This document shows positions 1 to 12,408 of a stretch of 64,000 nt of DNA, piece by piece; the stretch's first letter is position 1, and each line of letters opens with the position of its first letter. Made by a program: the position numbers and the translations under genes. The DNA comes from Batkoa obscura (lineage: Eukaryota): contig JASVEC010000012.1 in assembly GCA_030770535.1 (NCBI GenBank), positions 310,001 to 374,000 on the forward strand, read 5' to 3'. Under the pieces are notes generated by a model. It did no database searches, was not told where the DNA came from, and saw only the letters and a program-made list of their open reading frames with translations.

Positions 1-84
1 GGTTTCATCACTTTTTCCATCTTTTAAGCGCTATTTTAGTGGAAAAACTGTTAGTAAAATTCTTAAACAAAAAAATATATCCCC
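1..84 (-). mobile_element. ~98-bp MITE family A, partial copy cut by the window edge
   Basis: Reverse complement of the family consensus, ending in the TIR ...AAAAATATATCCCC. Confidence 0.9.
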
Positions 85-315
85 ATACTGCAAATTTTTT
101 TATTTTTTTAATATTAAACTTTAACTAAAAATAAATGACTGATTTTTTAAAAATTCATTTTTACTGAGTTGCTATAATCGGAACGAAAAGTTAGGCTCTG
201 AGCTTAACCAATGATCCATTGAAATTTCTTCCAAAATATTCAATGTCATCATAATTTCAATAATTTAATTCATTGAACTTTTTACATTAATTGAAGCAAC
301 AAGACGATAAAAAAA

Positions 316-2318
316 ATGGAAAGTTTATATATTATTAAAAGAGAGAGCGGGTAAGTATGATTATTATCATTAACAAATAAGGATATTTTAACTAATATTA
401 ATATTAATATTAATTTGTATTCTATTAAATAGAATTATATTAATTGAAAAACATTGGAAAAAAGGAATAGCTACTCATTTAATAACTCAATTTTATAATA
501 ATTATTTAAAAAATAAACCATTAGAACCAATTTATAATCAATATCAATGTTTATTTTTACCAATATTAATTAATGAATTCATATTCTTGGCTGTTAATGA
601 AAAAGAAGGTAAATATATTATTATTATTATTATTATTATTATTAGTTTTAATATAACGAACTATTTTACTTAATTGACTTAATTAGCTCCTCCATTGATG
701 GTGATTGAATTTTTATATAAAATTATTGAAGTATTAAAATTATATATTGGGGATATTAATGAATTTAATTTAAAAGAAAATTATGTGATTATTTATCAAG
801 TAAGCAAAAGAATATTAATAATTTGATTTGATTTAGTTTAATTAATTATTCAATGTTAAACTAATAAAACAAAAATATATTTAGTTATTAGAAGAAATGA
901 TTGATTATGGATTTCCATTAATAACAGATAGTAATAATTTAAAAGGAATAATAACACCACCAACGATGATTAATAAAGTGATTTCAAAAGTTACGGGTGT
1001 ATCAAAGTAAGTTTTTTTATTTTTTTTATTAATTCATATTGTTTTATTTATTATTATTGTTTATATTTACATTTCAATAGTACACATGATAAATTATTAA
1101 CTGGTTCTTTATCAAATATTGCTTGGCGTAAAAATGGAATTGTTTATAAAAGTAATGAAATTTATTTTGACATTGTGGAAGAAATTGATGCTATTTTAGC
1201 AAAGTAAGTTATTATTGTTATTATAAAATAGTGTATAATATATTGTTAATTATTTATTTATTAGTGATGGTACTATTGTTTCAAGTGAAATTCACGGTAG
1301 TATATTAGCTAGCTGTAGATTAAGTGGTAAATATCAATTTAGTTATCGATTAGTATTATAATAGAATAGAATATAAACTAATAATCTAATTTAAGGTATG
1401 CCTGATTTAACTATATCATTTAATCGAGTAGATGTAATTGATGATTTTTCATTTCATCCATGTGTACGGTAAGTGATTACATATATAATAATATTATATT
1501 ATATTATTTATTTTTATCTAATTTATATTTATTTAATTTAGTCATGATAAATTTCAATTAAATAAAATATTAAATTTTATACCACCAGATGGACAATTTA
1601 AACTAATGAGCTATCGTACTACATTAAGTTCATATCAATTTATACCAATTACAATAACTAGTAAAATTCATAAAGTTGGGGAAGGAGGTAAAGTTCATTT
1701 TCTATTTTATAATAATTAGAATATAATATATATATTGTTAATTAGGTCGATTTGAAATTATAATGCATCCTAAATTTCCACAAAATAAAATGATTGAAAA
1801 TATTCTATTTGGTTTTAAATTCAATCATCAAGATATTAATAATATCATTGCTCATCCCAATATTGGTACTTTTATGTTAGATTATCAAGAACAAGTAAGT
1901 TTTAAATTTATAATATTTATAATATTAATTTATTGATTATTTTTTTATTTTTTTAGAATTTAATATGGAAAATTGAAAAATTAAATCCAAAAGATAAAGT
2001 ACCTATTTTAAATGGTACTTATACAAGGTAAATTTAATAAATCATAAAGCAAAATTCAAATTAACTATGTAATTTACTAATAAATTAATAGTCCAAATCA
2101 AAAAGAATTAAGTGGGATTGGAGAAATTAAATTTAATATAACTAATTTAGCTTGTTCTAATTTAAAAATTGATTCTTTAAAAGTTATTAATGAAAATTAT
2201 AAACCATATAAAGTAAGTTAAATTGAATATATTTATATAAAAATTGAAATAATAATTTTCAATATAATAGGGAGTAAGAGCCTTAACCAAAGCTGGTAGT
2301 TTTCAAGTGCGAATTTGA
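316..2318 (+). CDS. APM3: AP-3 adaptor complex subunit mu (multi-exon)
   Basis: Spliced by eye: MESLYII..., PPLMVIEFLYKIIEVL, YQLLEEMIDYGFP, WRKNGIVYKSNEIYFDIVEEID, SGMPDL, FHPCVR, FIPPDG, KPYKGVRALTKAGSFQVRI*; typical of mu3. Confidence 0.92.
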
Positions 2319-2347
2319 ATTTAAAATAAATCATATTCCTCTCTTAT

Positions 2348-3824
2348 TTAATTAAATTTTGATAATATTCTTTATAAACTAAAAAATAAAAAATAAAAAA
2401 ATTCATATTAAAATAAACAATATATTAATAAAATACTTACAATTAAACCGTTTTAATTCTTCTTTTTGTTGTTTTTCAATTCGTTTTTTTTCATCTTCCA
2501 ATTGAGTGTTAATTTTCTTAACTGCAATAGCGGATCCAGAACCCATTTCTGGTTTAAGGTTTCTTTTCATACCATTTAAATTAAATTGATTGACTCGAGG
2601 TCGAATTGTTGATTTAACAAACCAAATAGGCATTGCGTTTTGTTGACTTTTTTATAGAAATTAGAAACAAAATAAAATGAAATAAGATTATTATTATTAT
2701 TATTATAAATTATAAATTATAAATTATAAATTACAAACAATTATTTAAACTTACCGTTTCTTTTCCAATTCTGCTTCTAATTCTTCTTTACTTGCTTTAT
2801 CATTTTCGGCTAATACAACGGTTATCTTAGTGATATTACCACCTGTATCTTGAGCAAATGCAATTTCACCATTAGCAGCTCCTAATAAAAAAAAGTCATT
2901 AAAAAAGGTAGTCTCATTAACTCTTAATTAAACATTTACTTTTCTGAGCTTGTTCTTTTTTAACCATAGCTTGAGTGAGGGTTTCCTTTGTCCTAAAATA
3001 TAAAAAACATAATAAAATCTTCAATTTTTTTAAAAGTAACATTAAACAACTTACAAAACCACTTCCACTTTTTCCGTTTCTTTTAATAAGACTAATATTT
3101 TTTCTGTTTGTTTTTTAAACATAACTAATGTTTCTTGAGGGGACCATTGGCTCTCTTTAACCGTACCCATAATTAATATAGCTCTATTACATGTTTCCAC
3201 CTCACATTTAAAATCCCCCATCGATTCCCGATTACTAAACGCCAATTCAATCATATCATACACTTTATTACATACTGGACAATAATACCCAGGTTGATGA
3301 TGTTTCTAATCCCTTCAAGGTTACTAAAAATAAAAAAGAATGAAAATTATACTAATAAACTTACTTGGTCCATTCGATTTTTTATACTTTCATTAATAAC
3401 TGCAATTTTCCATTTAGTTACATTGATAAATCTTGGATAATCGACTGCATAATACGTTTTTTCAATTGTTTTATTTCCTAATCCTTTCGTTTCTTTACGT
3501 TTGATACTAACAAATTTAAAATTCAGTGGAACTCTATTATTCAATAAAATAAAAATTACACATGAATAAAACCATCATCTTTTAATCTAGAACATATATT
3601 TTGGACTTCTTTTGCTGGCATTACTAATTTACGTATTAACACATCTTCACTTATCCTATGTTATTTTAGATAAATCAATCAAAATTGATTTAATCAATTA
3701 AAATTAAACTTTACCAATCCAATCGATTAAGTAAACTCATTACAATAATAAATTTAGGTTCATAAAAAGTGGTCATGACTCTATTTACTAAATCTTGAAA
3801 AATTTGGGGTACTTTATGGGACAT
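2348..3824 (-). CDS. TFA1: Transcription initiation factor IIE alpha subunit (multi-exon)
   Basis: MSHKVPQIFQDLVNRVMTTFY..., KTYYAVDYPRFINVTKWKI, zinc ribbon YYCPVCNKVY...FKCEVETC; last small exon FYKEYYQKFN*. Confidence 0.88.
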
Positions 3825-4062
3825 ATTGGGATAATTAAGTTATTGTTAATTAAGTTTTGTTGCAATAAAGATAAGTTAGATGAATGAATGAATGAATGAA
3901 TGAATTTCAATTTTAAAAAAATGAAAACTAATAATATCTCAACTTGACGCTTCAATTTGATCTAAAAATTCAATTATACTGCAAAATCTATTCTATCAAG
4001 GTTAAAGCTTAATAACTGAATTTTGCAATTTTTGATTGATAACAAAGTTAGTGAGCCACTAA

Positions 4063-4099
4063 ATTTATTAGTGAATTTTTAATAAATTCACTAATAAAT
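4063..4099. repeat. Perfect 16-bp inverted repeat in the TFA1/SHO1 divergent promoter
   Basis: ATTTATTAGTGAATTT-ttaat-AAATTCACTAATAAAT. Confidence 0.8.
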
Positions 4100-4235
4100 A
4101 TTTCTTATCTTGAATTTTAAATTTGAATTTAATATAATATAATATCTTTTCAACTTTCAACTTTTTAACAAAAAGTTCAATAATTAATATCTTTATTTAT
4201 TAAAACAAAAAAAAAATCAATAATAATCATTTATT

Positions 4236-5042
4236 ATGCCTTGGTTACCCACTACATTTTCCGATATTGTTTGGTCCTTTTCTTTTTTACTTGGCATTGT
4301 AAGTCTTTATTTTTAAAATATTATAAATTGAAACATCATTTAACCTTTTTTATTATTCAAATAGATAGGCTGGTTATGTATGTTAATAGGGGCAGCAGGT
4401 ATCCGATTAAACACATACATCTGGATGTATATTTTATTTTCAATCACCTTAATTTGTCATGTAATCTATGTAGTTAACACGAACCAAATCAAGTCGTATA
4501 AACATCAATTAGTATTCCAATTAAGTATAATGAATATGTTACTTGGTACTACTATTCAAAATAGTCAAGAAGCATTGTCTTTTATAGCACTGATATTTTG
4601 TGGTTCTGTTATTCAATTTATATTAAATTTATTTTGGATTATATTAATAGCTTCTGAACCGGGTACCTTAGCTTTTTATTTATCAGGTCAACATGATGAC
4701 CTCATTTTTGATAACAGTTTACAATTGGAAAATTTGGGCTTAAAAGAATTGTATCTGGGTACTAATATTTCTATTAGTGATGAAGAGAGGAGTAATGATA
4801 CGGATAGAGTTATCCATGTTAGAGCCCATTATCCTTATGATGCTGCTGCTGCTGAGGAAATTTCTTTTGTTAAAAATGAGTTGATGGAGGTATTGAATTC
4901 AGATGGTAATTGGTGGAAAGTGTTAAAAGTAGATGGCACGGTTGGATTGGCTCCATCCAATTATGTAAGTTTTTTTTTTGTTTTTTTTTGAAATGATAAG
5001 GTACTAATCACTTTCTTTTTTTAGCTTGGTATTGTTATGTAA
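4236..5042 (+). CDS. SHO1: Sho1-like osmosensor (4 TM + C-terminal SH3), 3 exons
   Basis: MPWLPTTFSDIVWSFSFLLGI|IGWLCMLIG..., four hydrophobic segments, SH3 RAHYPYDAAAAEEISFVKNE...GNWWKV...GLAPSNY|LGIVM*. Confidence 0.88.
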
Positions 5043-5586
5043 ATTTATTAAGTCAATATGTGATTTTTATAGATTAAAGATTAGTATTTGACGTTATTAT
5101 TTGATTGATCTTTATTTTGTTTTTATAAATTAAGTGTTCGTGTTTGTTATACTTTGTTATTGTCTCTTATTGCTATTTAGTCGAATTAATTGATTTATTT
5201 AATTGAATCGGAATTTACACTTTTATTTTTTAATAGTTTATATGATACATTATTTTTTATTAATCTTTTTTTTAATTAAAAAATACAGTCACATCTAGAA
5301 CAGAATACAAAATTCATTTAAAATAGTTTTACAAGTATTTTTACTCTTTTGTATAGCTTAGTGAAAAAATAGTAAAATTATTATAAAATAAATATTAATA
5401 AAAAATATATTGTTTCAATAAGTTCTGAATAACATTTAATATAAAATGGGTTTTTTATTAATTTTATCAATTTATTTATTTTAAATTAAATAGCCAAATA
5501 CTTAAAAAACAATTAGTATTTTTAATATCTTATTAACATATCTATGATATAAATTTCTATATCTAAATATTAATATTTAAATACTA

Positions 5587-5683
5587 GGGATGTATTTTTT
5601 TGTTTAAGAATTTTACTAACAATTTTTCCACTCAAATAGCGTTTAAAAGATGGAAAAAATAATGAAACCAAAAAAACACCCTC
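5587..5683 (+). mobile_element. MITE family A copy
   Basis: GGGATGTATTTTTTTGTTTAAG...GAAACCAAAAAAACACCCTC. Confidence 0.92.
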
Positions 5684-5737
5684 ATTTATTAAGTTTGATT
5701 TTATAAAATTAGAAATAGACAATTTTATAATTATATT

Positions 5738-5833
5738 GGGATGTTTTTTGGTTTCATCATTTTTTCCATTTTCTAACCGCTATTTGAGTGGAAAAATTGT
5801 TAGTAAAACTCTTAAACAAAAAAATACATCCCT
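5738..5833 (-). mobile_element. MITE family A copy, inverted relative to the 5587 copy
   Basis: Reverse-complement match to the consensus, ~55 bp from the previous copy. Confidence 0.92.
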
Positions 5834-6129
5834 AATATTTTAAAATAAGTAAGAGTAATATTAAATAAATTAATTATTAATGATTTATTTATTTCTAAAA
5901 AGTTATATTAGTGCACTAAATTAAGTTTGATTCTAAAAAGTATTATAACTTACTAATACAAGTTAATTTTATATTATAACAAAAACTTTATATTATATAA
6001 AAATTAAAATAAATAACTCACACAATATAGATAATTAAAAAGCTTTTAATCAACTTATTAAAGTTATAGAAAAGTTGAATCAAACTAATGAATTTTTATA
6101 AAATATTTTTTTGTTATTTCTTTAAAAAT

Positions 6130-7020
6130 GATTGCTTTTAATAGCTTGAGAACTTGCTACATACTTGGAAAAGTATGCCAATAATATCAAGAAAAGTATT
6201 AATCTAAAATGATGTACTTGAACATAACCCAAGCTTTTCAATTAACATCAATAAAATGTATAATTCCTTTGAAAAGATCATTTGATAAAATAAAATCTGT
6301 AGGATGATTTAATGAATTTTAGGCTTTGGGTTAATTGCAATTCTTCTTAAATTGCACGATTAAATTGGCAAACAAAACAATGGAATTTTTGTTATTGGAA
6401 TAGTATTTATAAAGGAAATTTACTTTGAAGAACATTATCTTAAGGTTTAATGAAATCTATTCCTGTTAAATACTTCAAAGTACTGCACCCAATAAAATTT
6501 GGCGATTTTTTTGGAAAATAGTTAAATATTCTAAGCAATGGAGAATCTTACTTTTTTACATGATTGGAAGTGATATAAATAGAAACATATTATTTTATAT
6601 TTCTTTTACAAATCTTAATTAGGGAATTGGTAACTCAAAGTTATTTATTTCTACAAAAACACTGAAAAAATACTTGTATTTATTTAGCGAATAGCTTTTT
6701 TATGGATGGAGTTAAACATTTGAAGGTGGAGAAGGATTCTAATGAATTCTGTTCCTTAGTCATTTTAATGAGCAAATGTGAAAGGGTCTTAATTAATTAG
6801 TTAATGAAAAATAACGATGAAAAAAAGCAAATATAGTTGTACTTATGAAATAATAATGTTTGAAACAGTGTACTAGGTCAAAAGCTTGTGACTGGTCAAT
6901 TTGAGCAAAAAATGAACATTGAAAAAAGAGGAGACTTAATTCAATTGAATTAATTTTTGTCCAAAAACATAACTTTAATACGGATATACCAGTTTAAAAT
7001 GATGTTGTAAATTTATCCAT
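6130..7020 (-). pseudogene. Decayed coding relic, possibly the 3' end of a non-LTR retrotransposon ORF
   Basis: Less AT-rich than flanks; interrupted minus-strand frames LQSKFPL...FHCFVCQ and LNHPTDFILSNDLFKGII; many stops. Confidence 0.2.
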
Positions 7021-9480
7021 GGAAAAATGGGATTTTAAAGTAAGTATACATTAATAGGAAGGGATTATAAAGTTTATTTCTATATTAAGAAATACATCCT
7101 AAATATTTTCTTACTAAACCTTCAAAGAACCAATCAATTTATAAATAATTGACTATTGAAACAAAAGAGGGAATCATCTTAAAAACTAAAAAGTTAAAAA
7201 AAACCCATAAAAGTTGCTTGTACTATTTTTAAACGTATGGCTAAGACAAACTTAAAGAAAAACGGAATTAATAAGGGAACAAAAATATAAAAGAGGATCT
7301 TAACTATAAAAAATGATTAGATTGCTTTAAATATCGTTGCTGCCATATTTATTATTTAGCTGCATAAGTCGCTAAAGTTTTATATTATGCCACTAAACGC
7401 GGCAAATTTGAAATCTCTAATTTATACAATTTATGTTTTCATCATCCCCTTTCAATTTTAGTTCCATAAGCAAATTATTGAAAAATTGATTGGCTTATTT
7501 ATAATTTATAGAAAAAAAGATATGAAAGAAGTTAAGAATAAATTATGTAAAAGCAACTCAATTTTTAAGGGGGATATCTGGATGATAGTTTGTAAATTAG
7601 TGTTAAAAGCTTCGTTTTAAAATAAAAAAAAAGCTTAAAGAAGGTTAGAAATAGAAAATAACAAGATAAAAATATACTTAATTCCCATTTAAAGTAGTCT
7701 AAGTTTTGCTAATTAATGCCTATATTCATTTATCACTCTTTGAGCAAATCTTTTATTATTGAGTTATCAATACGCTTATAATTTATTAGGTATAGAATTT
7801 GATAACATAGAATAATATGGTATTAGGTTATTTATTCTATAACCTTCTTTACAGTATTTTTAATTTATTATTAAAGTAAATAAATCTAGATATAACATAT
7901 GTAAGTAATATAAAAATAGAATACGAGGTTATGTTTGTTTAATTGATAGTTCTGATATAAAAGAATAATATAATGAAAAGACATCAGCATATATTAATGG
8001 ATTTGTGATGCGATCAATAAATATGTAATAAGTAATAAACAAATTAATAAACCGTTAAATAAAGAGGTACGTATTCCTAAAATAAAGAACCTAAACATGT
8101 ATATTCGCATATATTTTATAATATAATATATACATTAAACATTGAATTGATTCGAATATGTATCTATTTTATAACTATTACTAATTATACCTATGTTCCT
8201 CCCTTCCTATTTATCCAACCATAAAAAATATTCCAAATTTAATTATTGGCTGAGAAACAACTTTATGATTTTGTTTGTATTCCATTACTGTTTATTTTAC
8301 ATTATGGTTTGTAATTAGCTATTACATTTTCAATTTGATTACAAAAAAATACGGTAATAAATAGAAGCAATATGAATCTATTTATAAAAAAGTACGACTT
8401 TACTATTGGCTGATTCATTTAACAATTAAACATGTCACTATGAAGCAAGTTTTATAAAAATAAAAACATTCTATAACTATATGTTCACAAGCTTTAGCAA
8501 ATAATAATTACATCTTTAATTAAATCTGTGGTCCTTTGTTATGCTTTAAAAAACATTGTTCACGCTTTATTTTATTATATTTAATAACGACCATGAGATC
8601 ATTAAACTTGAAATAATCTATGATTACTTATAGATGTTTATATTGTTTTTAATAAAATCAATACAATATATTACATTTTACTTATAGCAGTTAAATATAT
8701 TGATAATCTAATCAACAATTTACATAAGGAAATAAAATAATTTACCAAATGTCATACTAAATTTAGGTGTCATAAAAAAATATACAAAATGTATAATATT
8801 GAATAGAGGTTAAGTATTTACTAATGTATATTTTCATAAGGTTTAGGAGATAATAAGCTATTTTTAAAAAATATCAACTGGGTTAATTTTTTATCCAATC
8901 AAGAGTTAGATCGTAATTAAATTAGTTTCATTAAAAATCGGATAAATTGAAGAGTCAATCACAAAAGTTTATATTTAAATAACAAAGTGAAGTAGTTAAC
9001 GAATTACAGTTTATTATTGATTGGATAACCCGTTCCTTTATAATTTGTGGATATTTTAAACAACATAAGTATTCAACTGAAAACTCATTTAAATGCTTTA
9101 TTCATCATTTTCTTTATAATACGCTTAAAGTCTATCTTTAATATTTGTAAACAGTTAGTTTAAGGAGTGAGTGTGGGTTAATTGGAAAACTCACTGTGCC
9201 TAATATAGTTTTTTTATAAGTTTATTATTATTACATGTTTGAGTTATAGTTGATCAAATTTGATCAAACAAAGTAAGGTGGGGGTGATTTAGTAAAAAGT
9301 TATTGCAGAAAGAAACTAATGTCAAAAATGGGGTTAAAAATGATAAATCAATAAAGTCAATTCATAATGAATATACAATATTGAATAAAAAAGTTGTGTT
9401 TAATAAAGGAACTTTTATTTAAATAAAAAACAACAAAACATTAAAAAGAGTGAGCCAATTACAACAAAGTAAGGGGAATA

Positions 9481-10158
9481 CTAAATAAATAAAAAATGAT
9501 TTTTAGGGATTGAAAAAGTGAGTGTCAATTTACAAGTTAGCTTCTCTAAAGTAGCATTAATTTTCTCCTTATTATCCTCATTATAAGCTAACTGTAACAA
9601 ATATTTTTGCTTATTTATCCAAAAATTGGTAAATTTTAAGAAGAGGCCTTCCCAACAGTTATAGACTTCATTCACGCCTAAGGAGTAATTTAACTCCATT
9701 AAAGCTCTTGATTTTAATTTTATTAAAAGATTGTGTTCTAAGTGAGTTACATTACCCCATGCTTCAAGTTGATAAGGGATATCTTCCATCCATGTAAAGG
9801 CTAGTATTAAACATACAATAAATACTGTATCGCCACTATATTCGAGAAATAATGGACTTTTTTTACTTATCAACCTTAAAAAATAGTTTAAGGCGATTAA
9901 AAAGAAACTGCCTTCGATGTTAAAATGTTTGAATATTGCTTTATATAATCCTATATTACTTTTTCCACTATGATGACTTACTACACGATTTATGAACTCT
10001 ATTTTATAGTAATCAGGTATTTTTTCAATATCTTTAATTGCTACTATCTTCGAGTTTATTTTATGAATTTTATTATATCTACTCCTATATGCATCCCTAC
10101 GTATGTCGCTTTTATTTAAAATATTATTTCTATGATTATTTCCAAGTAATACAGTCAT
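9481..10158 (-). CDS. Pcl/Pho80-family cyclin-like protein, intronless
   Basis: Cyclin-box-like FLIALNYFLRL...VFIVCLILAFTWMEDIPYQLEAW...RALMELNYSLGV; first ATG at 10158 (the ORF track starts at a TTG). Confidence 0.7.
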   Translation of the reverse strand: MTVLLGNNHRNNILNKSDIRRDAYRSRYNKIHKINSKIVAIKDIEKIPDYYKIEFINRVVSHHSGKSNIGLYKAIFKHFNIEGSFFLIALNYFLRLISKKSPLFLEYSGDTVFIVCLILAFTWMEDIPYQLEAWGNVTHLEHNLLIKLKSRALMELNYSLGVNEVYNCWEGLFLKFTNFWINKQKYLLQLAYNEDNKEKINATLEKLTCKLTLTFSIPKNHFLFI

Positions 10159-11453
10159 GATGAAATTTGTATATCTTTTCAATTTCTAATGTGTATTCAA
10201 TGATATATAATATCAATAAATAATTTTTGATTTTAAATAAATTTTGACTGTAAAATTAAGTGTATTTATACTTTTCTAAAATCATAAAATAGGATAAAAT
10301 CTAGAATAAATCAATTTAATAGGACTAAATATGTAAGCAAATACGAAACCCATATTTATTTACTTAACTTTGGTGCTTAAAGTTATTTTTTTATAACTGT
10401 AAGAAAAGAAGTTTGGATTATTATTTTGATTTATTTAAAAAAAATGTCCATAAAAGTATACTTTTTATTTAACAGCACAATTTTATATTTACTTAATTAA
10501 TTAAGGTGACTATTATATTGTTTAAGAATAAGCCTGTATTGTTCTATTCTTATTTCAAGTTTTAATAAACAAGATTTATAATTCCACATTAGATTAATAA
10601 CTTCTTATGATTATATTCCTAAAATAAAAATATTTTTGTTCTGATTTTTTCGATTAATCATCAAACATAATATGGGTGATCTATTAATAATATTGTGGGT
10701 AATATTAATCCCCTATCAACTTTTTTTTGTACTATGAAGAATAGAATATATTTTAGCGATCACCCCAATCTATTACAGTTCAAATTTAGTATTAAATAGA
10801 GAACAAGCATCCCAATATCGTTGCACTATGATATCAATGAAAATGGCACCTTCCTCTTCATTCATAATCCAATGAGTAACGATATGCTTTAATGAACATT
10901 TACTTCCATTTTCAAATAAAATAAAAATAAACTGGAATACAATTAAGCATAATATTAGGTTAATTTATTCTTCCTGATTTACGAAAAAAATATATTGATT
11001 TGATTTATATAGAAAACTTATGCAGCTTGTTATCCGCCAAGTCACCCGTTTTACTCTTATTTTGGAATATCCCTTTTGAAATATTTTTATAAAATTTTGC
11101 AAGAAACCAATCGGCTGCTATGCGGGAAAATACTTAAATTAAACATTAACTTATTTTAATGTCATAAATTTTACATTTTATCCATAATTTATTACTTCAC
11201 TGTGCAATAATAAATTAAGAATAAAATAATTTTAGCAGAGGTTAATTATTTGACCAATTAAAAATAAGATAATAAACAAACTTAACATAATTAAAGTTAA
11301 GGCAACTTATAAATTTATCACACCATGCATGTTATTTCCCTTTTTATGTTGTCATATTTTATTAACTTCAACATTTTTTAACAAAGCTATTAATACTGAA
11401 TAATTTTAGAAAAGACACTGATAAATCAGTAATTTATAATTACTGGATAAACT

Positions 11454-11607
11454 AAAATAATGGGCAACGTAGATTTGAAGCATGAACCACTAAGCATGTG
11501 AATCCTTTGCCCAGTTGCTAACGATCTTTCGATAGCTGCTAGCAGTTGGGCAAAGGGTTTGGGTGTTCATAATAGTTTACATCTTTAAATATACACTACT
11601 CATTTTT
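11454..11607. repeat. ~155-bp foldback (imperfect long inverted repeat)
   Basis: Core stem 11501-11520 pairs with 11540-11559; outer arms 11459-11480 and 11583-11604 also pair. Confidence 0.8.
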
Positions 11608-12408
11608 ATAAATTCAATTATAATGGTGTAAAAATTGAACTTTTATTTGATACTCTGTTTTTATTATAGTTTTAATAGGTAATTTAAATAAAATACTATA
11701 ATAAGCTACATTCTTTTTTAAATAGTGTATTTAATTTTTAATTGTATAATTTATGTATGTATTTTTCTAGTTTTGCTATTCATTTATTTAAATGCTACTA
11801 AGTAGAAAAAATTGTTGATAGATTTTTTTAAACAAGGCACTACTTTCTTTTAATTTGTTTGTAAGTTTTTTTAATTTCCAATTCATTTTATTAATCAATC
11901 TAATTTTGCAAAACTAAGTTTAGTCAAAAAATTCTGTTTCAAAAGCAGAATTTTTCAAAACACTTAGTACTCAAGGAGTTAATAAAATCTAACGAATTAA
12001 ATATTCCATTACAAGTTTTTATCAAAATCTACTACTTAACTTTAATGCAAAAAAAACTTGCTATTGTTACTTTTGATTATAATGAGTGTTGAATATTTGG
12101 TATAAAGCCAAAACGTTATTTTATAATAAATATAAGTTTATTTAACTCTTACAAAATAACCTAACATTTATTAGAAATCGAATTTCAATTTAATAATAGA
12201 AACAAACCTAACCTTAATGTTTACATTTATTATAAACCAATTTACTAAAGATAATTTTTATTACTAAGTTAGATGTAAAATCTGTTTATTCTAAATTAGA
12301 TAGTAAATAAAAAATATGATTGAGTAGTTTAGAAATAATAAAGTAAAAATTATGCATCAACTGAAGCATAGATAGGAACATCAAGAATTCGAATTGCTTT
12401 TAATCAAT

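Noticed and set aside
7338..7406. Weak inverted repeat TTTAGCTGCATAA/TTATGCCACTAAA
   Set aside because: Short, imperfect and single-copy; could be chance
10720..11130. HPNIVAL kinase-like peptide in a slightly GC-richer patch
   Set aside because: No other kinase motifs and immediate stops; cannot be assigned
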